59,221 nucleotides of DNA from NCBI GenBank assembly GCA_014874175.1, contig JACWAD010000048.1, positions 1-59,221 of the forward strand, written 5' to 3'. The translations under genes were made by a program, and so were the position numbers. The DNA is from Thermoleophilia bacterium (GTDB lineage: Bacteria > Actinomycetota > Thermoleophilia > BMS3ABIN01). How positions within the stretch are numbered: the stretch's first letter is position 1; every line of letters begins with the position of its first letter. Below are positions 37,181-50,336 of the stretch, one piece after another. The notes under the pieces are model-generated. The model ran no database searches, had not been told where the DNA came from, and worked only from the letters and a program-made list of their open reading frames with translations.

Positions 37181-37500
37181 TGCCTCCCCTTCCCGTGCTG
37201 TTATTGGCGTAATACGACAGTCGCACAGATGACTACTTTTTCGGCAGCCACAACAAATTCATTAACGCCAACTGATCATCCTCTTCACTCAGGGATAGTC
37301 AGGGAAAAAAATAATGCGAGGGGCTTTGCGAGATCTGGCCGCAGGGGAGGCCGAAGCAGAGCAAGAAGGACGGCAGCGATGACCTTAAGACTTCCTCCCG
37401 GCCCGCATGTCTGAGGCCCTCAAGGGCCGAGTTGCGGAGCCGGGAAGAAAAGTTTTTCCAGCCAGCGACCGCCGTCCGACGCTGCGGCGCCGGCCGCGGC

Positions 37501-39969
37501 TTATTCCGCCACGACCTCTTCCTCCTGGGCTCCGGATTTGCTCGCTACAACGCGGGCCACGGCGCTTAAGCGGTCGCCTGGGCGAAGGTTCATCACCCGA
37601 ACGCCCTGGGTAGCCCTCCCCATCACGGAAACATCCTGGGCGGGAATGCGGATGACGACTCCCTGCTCGGAAATGAGCACCAGCTCGTGGTTGCCCTTGA
37701 CGACGCGGGCGGCGACAAGGCCGCCCTTCCCTTTTGCCTGCTTGATTGTCTTGACGCCGATGCCGCCGCGCCTGTGGCGTGGGTATTCGCCGATGTGCGT
37801 GCGCTTGCCGTAACCTCCGTCCGTGACCACGAACAGGTCGGCATCGTCACGGGCCACATTCATGGAAAGCACCCGGTCCGATCCCCTCAGTTTCATGCCC
37901 TTGACGCCACTTGTGGCCCGCCCCATCGGCCTGGCCTCGGACTCGTTAAAGCGGATGGCCTGGCCGCCCTCGCTCACAAGCAGGATATCGTCGCTTCCGG
38001 CCGAGTGCCTGACGGCAATCAGCTCGTCACCCTCGCGGATATTAATGGCAATGATGCCCTCGGATTTAAGCACCGTATTGTACTGCTGAAAAAGCGTCTT
38101 CTTGACCATGCCTTTCCGGGTGGCCATTACCAGGTACCTGGCGTCGGTATAATCGCGCGTGGCCACCACGGCCTTGATCTGCTCTCCGCCCCTGAGCGGC
38201 AGCAGATTGACAATGGCCCTGCCTTTTGAGGTCCGGCTCCCCAGGGGAATCTCATGCACCTTGAGGCGGTAGACCTTGCCGATGCTGGTAAAGAAAAGCA
38301 GATAGTGGTGCGTGGTAGTGATGAAAAGATGCTCGAGGAAATCCTCTTCCTTGACGTCCATGCCCATGACGCCAACGCCTCCGCGGCGCTGGTTGCGGTA
38401 AGTATCCAGCGGCAGCCGCTTGATATATCCGGCGCGGGTGATGGAGATGACCATCTCCTCCTCCGCAATCAGGTCCTCGATGTCAAGCTCGTCCTCGCCG
38501 GGCGCGATCTGCGTGCGCCGGACATCAGCATACATCTGCCTGATCTCAAGCAGCTCTTCCTTGATCAGTCTGTCAACCTCGGCCTCATCGGCAAGGATGC
38601 CTTTCAGCCAGGCAATTCTCTCGACCAGATCATTGTGCTCGTTTTTGATCTTGTCCCGCTCCAGGCCGGTCAACTTTTGCAGGCGCAGGTCAAGGATCGC
38701 CTGGGCCTGGGCCTGGGAGAGCCTGAACTTTTTCATCAGGCCGGCGCGGGCGGTTTCGGCGTCGCGGGCGGCGCGAATTAATTTGACGACTGCGTCAAGA
38801 TTTGACAGCGCCGTGAGAAGGCCCTCGAGAATATGCGCACGCTTCTGCGCCTTGTCCAGCTCGAAGCGCGTCCGCCTGACGACCACCTCGCGCTGGTGGG
38901 CGACGTAGGCCCTAAGCATCTCCCTGAGCGGCAAGGTCCGCGGCACGCCGTCCACCAGCGCGAGGTTGTTGATACCGAAGGTGCTCTGCATGGCGGTGTG
39001 CTTGTAAAGCTTGTTGAGCACGACCTTGGCGACCGCTTCCCGCTTCAGCTCAATGACAATACGCATGCCGCTGCGGTCGGATTCGTCGCGCAGGTCCGAG
39101 ATCTCGGCAATCTTGCGCTCCCGCACCAGCTCGGCAATTTTCTCGATCAACGAAGCCTTGTTTACCTGGTAAGGAAGCTCCGTGACAATGATGGCGTTGC
39201 GGTTGCCCTTGATCGGCTCGCTATGAGCCCTGGCGCGCACTTTGACCAGGCCGCGGCCGCTGGTATAGGCGTCGCGTACGCCGCCGCTGCCCAGGATGAC
39301 GCCGCCGGTGGGAAAGTCGGGGCCGGGCAGGAGGCGCATCAGCTCGCCCACCGAAACGGCCTGGTTGTCAATCATAGCCACCACGGCGTCGATGGCCTCG
39401 CCCAGGTTGTGCGGAGGCATGTTCGTGGCCATGCCTACCGCTATGCCGCTGGAGCCATTTACGAGCAGGTTGGGGAAGCGCGCCGGCAGCACGGCCGGCT
39501 CGAGAGTGCTTTCATCGAAGTTTGGGACAAAATCGACAGTGTCCTCGTCGATGTCCCTGAGCATCTCCATCGCCAGCTTGGCGAGGCGGGCTTCCGTATA
39601 ACGGTAGGCGGCGGGGCTGTCGCCGTCCACGCTGCCGAAGTTGCCCTGCCCGTCGATAAGCGGGTAGCGCATGGAGAAGTCCTGGACCAGGCGCACCATC
39701 GTGTCGTAAACGGCGGCGTCCCCGTGGGGATGGTACTTGCCGATGACGTCGCCGACAATGCGGGCGCTCTTCTTGTAAGGCTTGCCGGCGGCCAACCCCA
39801 GCTGCTGCATGGCATAAAGCACCCGCCGGTGCACCGGCTTGAGGCCATCGCGGACATCCGGCAGCGCCCGCCCCACGATTACGCTCATGGCGTAATCGAG
39901 GTATGATGACCTCATTTCTTCTTCGAGCTCTCTTGGCTCTATGCGTCCGTCAAGATTGGAGACAGCCAT
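37501..39969 (-). CDS. gyrA: DNA gyrase subunit A
   Basis: 822 aa. It has the [21 protein letters not shown]-type segment, the catalytic Tyr context AAYRYTE, and C-terminal beta-pinwheel repeats. Confidence 0.98.
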   Translation of the reverse strand: MAVSNLDGRIEPRELEEEMRSSYLDYAMSVIVGRALPDVRDGLKPVHRRVLYAMQQLGLAAGKPYKKSARIVGDVIGKYHPHGDAAVYDTMVRLVQDFSMRYPLIDGQGNFGSVDGDSPAAYRYTEARLAKLAMEMLRDIDEDTVDFVPNFDESTLEPAVLPARFPNLLVNGSSGIAVGMATNMPPHNLGEAIDAVVAMIDNQAVSVGELMRLLPGPDFPTGGVILGSGGVRDAYTSGRGLVKVRARAHSEPIKGNRNAIIVTELPYQVNKASLIEKIAELVRERKIAEISDLRDESDRSGMRIVIELKREAVAKVVLNKLYKHTAMQSTFGINNLALVDGVPRTLPLREMLRAYVAHQREVVVRRTRFELDKAQKRAHILEGLLTALSNLDAVVKLIRAARDAETARAGLMKKFRLSQAQAQAILDLRLQKLTGLERDKIKNEHNDLVERIAWLKGILADEAEVDRLIKEELLEIRQMYADVRRTQIAPGEDELDIEDLIAEEEMVISITRAGYIKRLPLDTYRNQRRGGVGVMGMDVKEEDFLEHLFITTTHHYLLFFTSIGKVYRLKVHEIPLGSRTSKGRAIVNLLPLRGGEQIKAVVATRDYTDARYLVMATRKGMVKKTLFQQYNTVLKSEGIIAINIREGDELIAVRHSAGSDDILLVSEGGQAIRFNESEARPMGRATSGVKGMKLRGSDRVLSMNVARDDADLFVVTDGGYGKRTHIGEYPRHRRGGIGVKTIKQAKGKGGLVAARVVKGNHELVLISEQGVVIRIPAQDVSVMGRATQGVRVMNLRPGDRLSAVARVVASKSGAQEEEVVAE

Positions 39970-39977
39970 AAAACCCT

Positions 39978-40142
39978 CAGTTCCCGGTTCCGAGCTTCCA
40001 GTTCCATGTTGAAAAACTTAGGAACCAGAACCGGGAATGGACGGGGCTCGGTTGCGCTGGTTGGGCGAGAGGCGCGCGAAACATTATTGGCATAATTTTC
40101 ATGTTGTTTTTCCTGTTTGACTTAAAACTGGGAACTGGGAAC

Positions 40143-40143
<1 letters not shown>
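39978..40143 (-). repeat. gyrB-gyrA spacer with three copies of a GGAAC-N-GGGAAC-like motif and alternative hairpins
   Basis: TTCCCGGTTC (39981-90) pairs with GAACCGGGAA (40028-37), and GTTCC (40001-05) pairs with GGAAC (40021-25). The tandem TGGGAACTGGGAACT (40129-43) abuts the gyrB stop. Confidence 0.45.
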
Positions 40144-42554
<2,411 letters not shown>

Positions 42555-42764
42555 TCAACTTTCTGTTAAAAATTTTGCAGGCTCAAACGAAGAGCGGAGT
42601 CGACATCGGGGGACCTCGACCAGAGGCGGGAAAGCACTGGTGTGTTCCATCAACCTCGACCTCCGGCCGGGACTTTTAACCACTTTTAAACCGCGGGAAA
42701 GTACCTTCGCAGTATATCACATTTTACCGCTTTCTCCCAACGCGGCTGCGGGAAAAATTCCCCG

Positions 42765-43076
42765 CTATTTGCTGGATTTCCAACCGGCATGCGCCTGATG
42801 AACAAACCTGATTTCCCGTACTTGTTCGGGAGTGCCAAGCGCATTCATGCGGGCCGTCAGCTCGCCGGCCGCCAGGCGCAGCTCGCAGGCCCATCCACCC
42901 GAAGCGCAACCAACGGTAATAACTCCGTCGCGGAACGCCCTTACGAAAGAATGGGCCGCGATATCCGCCCCTGCAGCCTGCTGCCAGAGCGCCTGCAGGC
43001 CCAGGCCGGGGCTTTCCTGCCAGAGGCGCTCCTTTTCCTTCCCAACCAGGGCGGCTATTTTTTTAAATTCAGGCAA
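42765..43076 (-). CDS. DUF721 (DciA-like) domain protein
   Basis: 103 aa. Its position between recF and gyrB and the W..A.G..IA.HS....R.G.L.V.....W..EL pattern fit DUF721. Confidence 0.78.
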   Translation of the reverse strand: MPEFKKIAALVGKEKERLWQESPGLGLQALWQQAAGADIAAHSFVRAFRDGVITVGCASGGWACELRLAAGELTARMNALGTPEQVREIRFVHQAHAGWKSSK

Positions 43077-44241
43077 TCGGCACCCGTCTGGGGTGTTTCA
43101 TTTGCAAATCGGAATTCGTAACCTGGCATCGTTCTTTCAGGCCGGCCTGCGCACCCCTCACAGTGCCGCCGGCAACCTCAAGGACGTCTACGCCGGCCAG
43201 CTCTTCCTCCAGGAAAAGTCCCCGGTCGGCGGCAGTAATTAATGCCTGCCCCGCGGCCGCCAGGATGCCCATCAGCCGGCGGCGGCGCATGGAGTCAAGC
43301 TCGCTAAGGACATCATCCAGAAGCAGCAGCGGCGGCGGCCCCGCCTCCTCGAGGACAAGACTGCGCACCGCCAGCAACAGGGCCAGCACGGCAAGGCGTT
43401 GCTCTCCCTGGGATCCGAACCGTCGCACCGGCTCTCCCGCAAGCAAGATCTCCATCTCGTCCCGGTGCGCGCCCGCGCCGGTGGAAGAGCGCTCCATATC
43501 CAGCGACCACCTGGCTCTCAGCATCTGCAGGACTTCCCGCTCCGGATCCGCCGCGGCGGCAGCTTGCTCCAACTGTGACAGATACTTAAGGTCAACCGCT
43601 GCTTCCTTGCCGGCCAGCCCGGCCCAGGCTGAGGAAAAATGAGGCGCAAGCTGACGGCAGTAATCCCGCCGGGCAAAATAGATCCCGAGGGCGGAAGCAG
43701 CCAGCAGCCGGTCCCACGGGCTGATGTCGGATAGAGGCACCATGCCGGCCCGCGCCCGCTTCAGAAAGCCGTTGCGCTGACTGATGATTTTCTGGTAATC
43801 GAGAGCCAGGCGCCGGTAACCCGGCCTGCGCCGCGCAATCGCTTCATCCAGGAACCTTCTCCTCCCGGCCGGCGCCCCTTTTACCAATGGCAAGTCATCG
43901 GGGGAGAAAGTCATGACCGATCCCGGCTCTAGCCAGGCGGGGCCGCCGCCGGCGTAAACATTAACCGCCTTCCCTGAGCCAAGGCGGACGGCGCGAGAGT
44001 ACATGGCCCCGCCCCCGTGAACCTCTGCCTCCAGGCGCATGAAGCCTGCTCCCTTCATGACCATCTCCTCCTCGCGGGTGGTCCTAAGCGAGCGGCCGCA
44101 GAGGCAGTACTGGGCCGCCTCCAGCAGGCTTGTCTTCCCGGCCCCGTTGTCTCCAAAAATAACAGTCAGCCCCGGACCCAGCCTTGTCTCCGCCGCCTCG
44201 AAGCTGCGAAAGTTTCTAAGTTTCAATAAACGAAGTTGCAT
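43069..44241 (-). CDS. recF: DNA replication/repair protein RecF
   Basis: It has LRNFRSFE...GDNGAGKTSLLEA (Walker A), the signature motif SQGEQR and the Walker B LLLLDDVLSELD. Confidence 0.95.
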   Translation of the reverse strand: MQLRLLKLRNFRSFEAAETRLGPGLTVIFGDNGAGKTSLLEAAQYCLCGRSLRTTREEEMVMKGAGFMRLEAEVHGGGAMYSRAVRLGSGKAVNVYAGGGPAWLEPGSVMTFSPDDLPLVKGAPAGRRRFLDEAIARRRPGYRRLALDYQKIISQRNGFLKRARAGMVPLSDISPWDRLLAASALGIYFARRDYCRQLAPHFSSAWAGLAGKEAAVDLKYLSQLEQAAAAADPEREVLQMLRARWSLDMERSSTGAGAHRDEMEILLAGEPVRRFGSQGEQRLAVLALLLAVRSLVLEEAGPPPLLLLDDVLSELDSMRRRRLMGILAAAGQALITAADRGLFLEEELAGVDVLEVAGGTVRGAQAGLKERCQVTNSDLQMKHPRRVPIA

Positions 44242-44350
44242 GTCAAATACGCGTTTCGCGCGAAATTATAGCAACTATTTACTACCTGTTAAGTTGCTAA
44301 TTAAGTTTTATTCAATCCAAAATTCAGCATCCCCAGTCCACCGGCCGCTT

Positions 44351-45454
44351 TTACAATCTTACCGGCATCACCAGATAAAGGAAGTCATCGGACGAGCCCT
44401 TAATCAGTCCCGGCTTCAGCGGGCTGATAATTCTTAACGTCAGCATGTCTTCATCAACGCTTTCAATCCCGTCCTTGAGAAAGACGGCGTTAAAGCCAAC
44501 CTCTGTTTCCTCTCCCTTGAAGGGCACCGCCATACTCTCGCTCGCTTCTCCCACCTGGGGAGCACGGGCTGAGACAGTCAGCTCACCATCGGCAAATTTC
44601 ATTCTCAAGGGCGCATTTTTCTGAGCCATCAGTCCGATGCGGCCAATCACCTCCAGCAGCTCTTCCTTGTCCAATACTACCTCGTACTTGAATTCGTCAG
44701 GCAAAAGCTGCTGGTGGTTGGGAAACTGCCCTTCAATTAACCTGGAAGCAAGCAGTGTGCCGCCGGCCTTAAACAGCACCTGCCCGCCTGTCATGCCAAC
44801 CTCTACATTTTCCACGCCTGCCGCCAGCCCCGGCCGCGCCAGTTCCTCCAGTGATGACCTGGGTATAATTGCTTCTTTTTTCTCCGCCAGGGTGCTCGTC
44901 ACCTTTGTTTCCCTAACGCAGAGACGGTAACTGTCGGTGGCCACCATCTTGAGCCTGTCCTTGCTGAACTTGACCAGAATACCGGTAAGCACCGGCCTTG
45001 TTTCATCCAGGGACGCCGCCCTGGACACCGTGTTGATTGTCGCCACCAAGGGGGCGGCACCGACCTTAAAAGTGTTTTCTGCCGGCATTTCAACAAGGCC
45101 CGGAAAATCTGCCGCCGGCATGCAGTTGATCTTAAAGCTGGCTCCGCCCGACCTGACTTCTGCCTGGCCGGCACCCTCCTGAACAGTGATGTCAACATCC
45201 CCTGGCGGCAGGCTTCTGACGATATCTGTAAGCAGCCTTCCCGGGATCACCGCTCCCCCTTCCCCCTCCACTCTTCCGGATAACACCAGCCGCAGCGACA
45301 TCTCCATGTCCGTGCTGGCCAGCTCTACTTCCGTGCTGCTCCTCGCCGTCAGCCTGATCCCCATCAGTACCGGCATCACGCTCTTGGTAGACACTGTTTT
45401 GAGCACCGTCACGAGCCCCTCGAGAAAAACTTCCTTGCCGCACGAAATCTGCAT
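44351..45454 (-). CDS. dnaN: DNA polymerase III beta sliding clamp
   Basis: 367 aa with a three-domain clamp pattern. GGAGG lies 8 nt upstream of the ATG, and the gene is downstream of dnaA. Confidence 0.95.
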   Translation of the reverse strand: MQISCGKEVFLEGLVTVLKTVSTKSVMPVLMGIRLTARSSTEVELASTDMEMSLRLVLSGRVEGEGGAVIPGRLLTDIVRSLPPGDVDITVQEGAGQAEVRSGGASFKINCMPAADFPGLVEMPAENTFKVGAAPLVATINTVSRAASLDETRPVLTGILVKFSKDRLKMVATDSYRLCVRETKVTSTLAEKKEAIIPRSSLEELARPGLAAGVENVEVGMTGGQVLFKAGGTLLASRLIEGQFPNHQQLLPDEFKYEVVLDKEELLEVIGRIGLMAQKNAPLRMKFADGELTVSARAPQVGEASESMAVPFKGEETEVGFNAVFLKDGIESVDEDMLTLRIISPLKPGLIKGSSDDFLYLVMPVRL

Positions 45455-45465
45455 AAAGTCAGCCT

Positions 45466-45535
45466 CCGATTATTAAAGAATATTTATAAAAAATAACCAT
45501 TAATTAGCCATGTTAATTCCTGGATAAAAATTCAA
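45466..45535. other. AT-rich candidate DNA-unwinding element in the dnaA-dnaN spacer
   Basis: I counted 13 G/C in the 69 nt at 45466-45534 (about 81% AT) in an otherwise GC-rich window. It is flanked by degenerate DnaA-box-like 9-mers with 2 mismatches each (TTATCCAGG, TTTTCCACC, TTAACCACC, TTGTCAACA). Confidence 0.5.
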
Positions 45536-45699
45536 ACTGCCTCAAATCAAGGTGCCAACACCTGTTTTTTTGTTGACAGGTATGGGGAGAAACGGTGGAA
45601 AAAACCGGCGTTCTTTTGAAGAAAGAGAAACGCCGGGTCGCAGCCAGAAAAAGAAAATTTTTTTAACCACCTTGTCAACAAACAATTCACACTTTTCCC

Positions 45700-47052
45700 C
45701 TAGCGGGAATTTTTTAATTTGGTTGTGAGCTGCTGCGCCCTGGCAAAGACTTCCCGCTCTTCCTTGATGAGCTTGGATATTTTATTAACGGCGTAAAGCA
45801 CTGTGGAGTGGTCGCGGCCGCCAAATTCTCGTCCTATCTGGGGCAGCGAGCAGTCGGTCAGCTCCCGGCACAGATACATGGCCATCTGCCGTGGATAGAC
45901 AATGCTCTGGCTGCGTTTGTCTCCCTTAAGATCACTCATGGAGAGACCAAAAGCGCGGCAGGCCTCGTTCTGGATCATGTCAACGGTGACGCGGGTCTCA
46001 AAACTGGCAGGCAGCAGATTCTTGAGCGCTTCTCTTGCCAGCGCCAGCGTAATCTCGGATTTGGTCAGCGAGGCGTATGCTACCACCCTGATTAAGGCAC
46101 CTTCCAGCTCGCGGATGTTTGTGGGAACGCCGCCGGCGATGAAGCCGAGCACATCGCCTGCCTCGCTTTCGGGCAGGGCAATATTGTCTGCTTTTACTTT
46201 TTTTCGCAGGATGGCAATGCGAGTCTCAATATCAGGAGGCTGGATATCAATGGTAAGGCCGGATTCAAAACGGCTGCGCAGGCGCTCTTCCAAAGTTGCT
46301 ATCTCCTTGGGGGGCCGGTCGCTGGTAATGGCGATCTGTTTGCCGGCCTCATAAAGGGTGTTGAAAGTATGGAAAAACTCCTCCTGCGTTCCTTCCTTGT
46401 TCTCAAGGAACTGGATGTCGTCAATTAAGAGAACGTCATTATTGCGGCACTCGCGCTTGAATCCCTTAATCCTCTTCTTGTCCATAATGGCATTAATAAA
46501 ATCATTGGTAAACCTCTCCATCGTCATGAACTTCACGGTCATCTCGGGGCTGTTGGTGGCGACGTAATGAGCAATTGCCTGGAGCAGGTGGGTTTTGCCC
46601 AAGCCCACGCCGCCATATATAAAAAGGGGATTAAAGGCTCTGGCGGGCGCTTCGGCAACTGCCAGGGCGGCGTTGTGGGCAAAATGATTGCTGGACCCAA
46701 TCACGAAACTGTCAAAAGTGTACTTGGGATTAAGCTGCCTCAGCACGGCCGGCTCCTCGCTGGCTGGAGGCAGAGCGACGAGGCGCTCCTCCCTGCCAGG
46801 CGTCTGGTGGACAACCACTTTCACGGTCACTTCCCTGCCTTCAACCTCTTGCAGGGAATCCTCGATCAACGGCAGGAAACGGTTCTCAATCCTGCTCTTG
46901 GTAAAGTTGTTTGGCACGGAAAGAAGAAACGTGTTTTCTTCCATGCCAGCCGTGTCCGCTTTCTCGAACCAGATTTCATAGGTGGAGGTGTTAAGGGTTT
47001 CACGGATTGTCTCCTTGGCCTGCCGCCATAGGGTTTGCGCGTGCTCGTCCAT
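45700..47052 (-). CDS. dnaA: Chromosomal replication initiator protein DnaA
   Basis: It has the AAA+ Walker [12 protein letters not shown], the domain IV DNA-binding segment ([16 protein letters not shown]...[16 protein letters not shown]) and an [14 protein letters not shown] start at 47052. The ORF is open to 47148. Confidence 0.97.
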   Translation of the reverse strand: MDEHAQTLWRQAKETIRETLNTSTYEIWFEKADTAGMEENTFLLSVPNNFTKSRIENRFLPLIEDSLQEVEGREVTVKVVVHQTPGREERLVALPPASEEPAVLRQLNPKYTFDSFVIGSSNHFAHNAALAVAEAPARAFNPLFIYGGVGLGKTHLLQAIAHYVATNSPEMTVKFMTMERFTNDFINAIMDKKRIKGFKRECRNNDVLLIDDIQFLENKEGTQEEFFHTFNTLYEAGKQIAITSDRPPKEIATLEERLRSRFESGLTIDIQPPDIETRIAILRKKVKADNIALPESEAGDVLGFIAGGVPTNIRELEGALIRVVAYASLTKSEITLALAREALKNLLPASFETRVTVDMIQNEACRAFGLSMSDLKGDKRSQSIVYPRQMAMYLCRELTDCSLPQIGREFGGRDHSTVLYAVNKISKLIKEEREVFARAQQLTTKLKNSR

Positions 47053-47229
47053 GGAAGGGCTCCTGTTTCTTGGTTGTAACTTCCTGATCGCAGGGACAAA
47101 CGGGCGAAAACGGGCCCGCCCTGCCGGCTTGCGCCGCTGTTTAACCAAGTCTGGCGCGAAGATGTGGCGCCGATTCTACAAGCGCTGGGCCTATAAAACA
47201 AGGCGGTGCCGGGGGGCAGAGGGAAGACG

Positions 47230-47370
47230 TTTTCCACAGCCTCTGTGGATAAATCGGGCTGCCGTTTTATGCAAAAAGCGCAAGCGGCCCCCGCCGCCGT
47301 CCGAGAAAAAACATCCTGCAAACGAGGCAATTTGTATACTTATCCACAACTGTTAAAAGCCTGTGGAGAA
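47230..47370. promoter_or_regulatory. DnaA-box cluster (oriC, dnaA-upstream part)
   Basis: There are two perfect boxes, TGTGGATAA (47244-52, reverse) and TTATCCACA (47340-48). There are two 1-mismatch boxes, TTTTCCACA (47230-38) and TGTGGAGAA (47362-70, reverse). They are arranged as two convergent pairs. Confidence 0.75.
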
Positions 47371-47532
47371 AAACCTGCCGCGTGGCGGGACGAGTATCCA
47401 AAACTGACTACGATTTATGCGCGAAGGAATTTCGAGTCCGGAATAGAAGAAATAGCAGTCAGAGAATGATTGCCCGCGAGTCCTCAGCCTGCGGCAATCA
47501 AATGTTATTTGCCCACGTCTGCGGGAGGGCCT

Positions 47533-48345
47533 GTGGCCACAGTGCTAGCCTTTGCAAACCAAAAGGGAGGGGTTGCCAAAACAACCTCTACCCTGAATAC
47601 GGGCGTCGCCCTCAGGGAGCTGCAACACCGTGTCCTGGCAATTGATCTGGACCCCCAGGGAAATCTCTCCATGAGCCAGGGCTTGAATCCGGACACGCTC
47701 ACGCGCAGCATGTTTAATGTACTTGTGCAGCGTGACTCAATTGCAGGCATAATCCACCGCTGCGAAATCGACATAGCCCCGGCAAGCATCGACCTGGCGG
47801 GCGCCGAACTGGCTCTTTCTTCAGCGATTGGCAGGGAAAGGGCGCTGGAAAAAGCGCTCAAGGAGATCAGGCGCCGCTATGACTATATTCTTATCGACAC
47901 GCCGCCTTCGCTGGGGCTGCTGACGATCAACGCGCTTACCGCCGCCACCGGCGTCATTGTTCCGGTTCAGTGCGAATACCTGTCGCTGCGGGGGCTGGCC
48001 CAGCTGGAGAAAACGCTGGAGATGATCAGGGAAAACCTCAACCCCGACGTCAGGATCAGGGGAATTCTGCCCACCATGTTTGACGCCCGCACAGTTCATG
48101 GCCGTGAAGCGGTGGACATACTCCGGGACGGCTTCGGTGACCTGGTGTTCAAAACAATAGTCAGGAAAACAATAAAGTTTGCTGAAGCTCCGGTTCAGGG
48201 GCGGTCGATCCTGTCCTATGATCCGGAGGGCGCAGGTGCGGAAACATACCGTAAACTGGCAAAGGAGTTGCTCAATGGGAATTCGGGCCAGCATGAAGGA
48301 AGGGGCGCTAGCGAGCCTCTTCCAGTCTACGGAGCACATATCTGA
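47533..48345 (+). CDS. parA: ParA/Soj-family ATPase
   Basis: It has the deviant Walker A ANQKGGVAKTT and DLDPQGN. GTG 47533 has a GGGAGGG upstream; the track start 47470 is less likely. A 23-aa tail follows the usual ...YRKLAKELL end. Confidence 0.88.
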   Translation: MATVLAFANQKGGVAKTTSTLNTGVALRELQHRVLAIDLDPQGNLSMSQGLNPDTLTRSMFNVLVQRDSIAGIIHRCEIDIAPASIDLAGAELALSSAIGRERALEKALKEIRRRYDYILIDTPPSLGLLTINALTAATGVIVPVQCEYLSLRGLAQLEKTLEMIRENLNPDVRIRGILPTMFDARTVHGREAVDILRDGFGDLVFKTIVRKTIKFAEAPVQGRSILSYDPEGAGAETYRKLAKELLNGNSGQHEGRGASEPLPVYGAHI

Positions 48346-49396
48346 AGACGTAAGCATCGAGGAGAAAAGACCGGCTCCCAGAAAAACTGCCGCTCCTGCC
48401 CAGGAGCAGGCTTATCTTGCTGCCATTAAGGTGGTTGGGGTTGGCGGGGGCGGCACTAACGCGGTCAACAGGATGGTGGCGGCCAAAGTAAACGGCGTCG
48501 AGTTCGTCGCCATAAACACGGACGCGCAATCGCTGGAGATGTGTAACGCCGACGTGAAGATGCATGTCGGCGGCGAGCTGACGCGGGGACTGGGCGGCGG
48601 CGCCGACCCAAGTGTCGGCATCGAGGCCGTGGAGAGAAGCCGCGACGAGATAAAGAAAGTGCTGCGGGGCGCAGACCTCGTATTTATAACAGCCGGCGAG
48701 GGTGGCGGCACCGGCACCGGGGCCGCGCCCATCATAGCCGCAGTGGCGCGCGAGACGGGGGCGCTTGCCATCGGCATCGTCACCCGTCCCTTCAGTTTTG
48801 AAGGCACCAAGCGCAACATCCAGGCCGAGGAGGGAATCCGGCAACTGCGCGAAGCAGCCGACACGGTCATTGTTGTTCCCAACGACCGCCTGCTTCAGGT
48901 TGTGGACGCCGGCACTACCCTGGTTGACGCTTTTGCCGTGGCGGATGACGTCCTCAGGCAAGGCGTGCAGAGCATCTGTGATCTCATCAACAGGCCGGGC
49001 CTGATCAACCTGGATTTCGCCGATGTGCGCACGATCATGAGCGGCGCCGGCAGCGCCCTGATGGGAATCGGCCAGGCGTCCGGAGAAAACCGCGCCGTCG
49101 AAGCGGCGCGGCAGGCAATTGGCTCACCTCTCCTGGAGACTTCCATCGAAGGGGCGCGCGGAATTTTGCTGAACGTCAAGGGCGGCGGCGACTGCGCCCT
49201 CCATGAAGCCAATGAGGCGGCGCAGGTCGTGGCCGAGGCTGCCGCTCCCGACGCCAATATTATCTTCGGCACCGTGATTGACGAGAGCCTTGGCGACATG
49301 ATCCAGGTAACGGTGATCGCAACCGGCTTTAAACAGGCGCCGGAGGCGCGCCAAGCAGCCAGGCGCCTGGACGTGCCCGGTTTTTTAAACGGATAA
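48275..49396 (+). CDS. ftsZ: Cell division GTPase FtsZ
   Basis: It has GVGGGGTNAVNRM, GEGGGTGTGAAP, the T7 loop NLDFADV and the C-terminal peptide LDVPGFL. ATG 48275 lies 7 nt after an AAAGGAG, and 48293 is an alternative. It overlaps the parA 3' end out of frame. Confidence 0.92.
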   Translation: MGIRASMKEGALASLFQSTEHISEDVSIEEKRPAPRKTAAPAQEQAYLAAIKVVGVGGGGTNAVNRMVAAKVNGVEFVAINTDAQSLEMCNADVKMHVGGELTRGLGGGADPSVGIEAVERSRDEIKKVLRGADLVFITAGEGGGTGTGAAPIIAAVARETGALAIGIVTRPFSFEGTKRNIQAEEGIRQLREAADTVIVVPNDRLLQVVDAGTTLVDAFAVADDVLRQGVQSICDLINRPGLINLDFADVRTIMSGAGSALMGIGQASGENRAVEAARQAIGSPLLETSIEGARGILLNVKGGGDCALHEANEAAQVVAEAAAPDANIIFGTVIDESLGDMIQVTVIATGFKQAPEARQAARRLDVPGFLNG

Positions 49397-49443
49397 AGGC
49401 TTCTCCCGCTTCTCCCGGGCGTGAAGGAGCGCGGAAGGCCTGG

Positions 49444-49680
49444 CTATGGAAGCTCGACAACGACGCAGGTCATCGTCTGGGTGACTCCCTCGATTGACTG
49501 GATTTGCGAGACCACCTTGTTGCCGAGTTCGCTGATGTCGGAGCCCTCGATGAAGACAATAATGTCGTAGGCGCCTGTCACGGCCAGCGCGCTTTTTACG
49601 CCGGGCGTCTCCGCCATTTTCTTGCGCGCTTCCCCGGTGCGCCCGGGAGCTGCATTGACAAGAACGTATGCCGCTGCCAT
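49444..49680 (-). CDS. Stand-alone Lrp/AsnC ligand-binding (RAM) domain protein
   Basis: 78 aa. AYVLVNAAPGRTGEARKKMAETPGVKSALAVTGAYDIIVFIEG fits the AsnC_trans_reg-like fold pattern. Confidence 0.72.
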   Translation of the reverse strand: MAAAYVLVNAAPGRTGEARKKMAETPGVKSALAVTGAYDIIVFIEGSDISELGNKVVSQIQSIEGVTQTMTCVVVELP

Positions 49681-49850
49681 CCTGTTTACCTCCCAGCCTT
49701 TTTGTCAAGTCTCATCCGGTCCCTGGGGCGAGACTCGCCGTTAACGATAAGGGACGCGCTACAAATATGTCCCGGAAGCATATATGTCAAACTTCCCGCC
49801 GGCAGAGGGAAGGCGCAGGGATTGAACTTTCAGCATCCAGGCTCTGACTG

Positions 49851-50336
49851 CTAATCGTTTTTGAAATCCTCTGGCTGAACGTTATCCAGGAAGGTGCGGA
49901 ACCTCTCGATTACCTCTTCCGAATCCTCAACGTCATGATCAAACTCGACGGCGTTGTCTTCGATCAGGCGTTCGGCGGCAAAAATGGGGGCATTTGCCCT
50001 CACCGCCAGCGCCAGGGCGTCGCTGGGGCGGGAATCCACCTCGACCTCCCCGCCGGGCAGGCGCAAAGTCAGGAGCGCGTAAAAAGTGTTCTCGCGCAGC
50101 TCCGTGACAGTGACACGAAGAAGCTCAGCGTCAAGCCGGGATATTATGGAGGTCATAAGATCGTGGGTCATCGGCCGGGGAAGCTCAGTTCCCTGAAGCT
50201 TCATCAGGATGGCGGCCGCTTCCTGGTGCCCAATCCAGATAGGCAGGAACTTGTTAGCGTCAGCCGTTTTAAGAAGGATAATCGGCTGCTTGCCGATTAC
50301 GTCAAAACTGATGCCGTAAAGGATCATTTCTTTCAT
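49851..50336 (-). CDS. Bifunctional nuclease (DUF151/BFN) family protein
   Basis: GKQPIILLKTADANKFLPIWIGHQEAAAILMKLQG...PRPMTHDL is the DUF151 core as I remember it. Confidence 0.78.
   Translation of the reverse strand: MKEMILYGISFDVIGKQPIILLKTADANKFLPIWIGHQEAAAILMKLQGTELPRPMTHDLMTSIISRLDAELLRVTVTELRENTFYALLTLRLPGGEVEVDSRPSDALALAVRANAPIFAAERLIEDNAVEFDHDVEDSEEVIERFRTFLDNVQPEDFKND

Noticed and set aside
45540-45699. Searched for DnaA-trio (repeated 3-mer) elements next to the AT-rich block
   Set aside because: I saw only a purine-rich GAAGAAAGAGAAA run and no clear periodic trio pattern that I could defend by eye.
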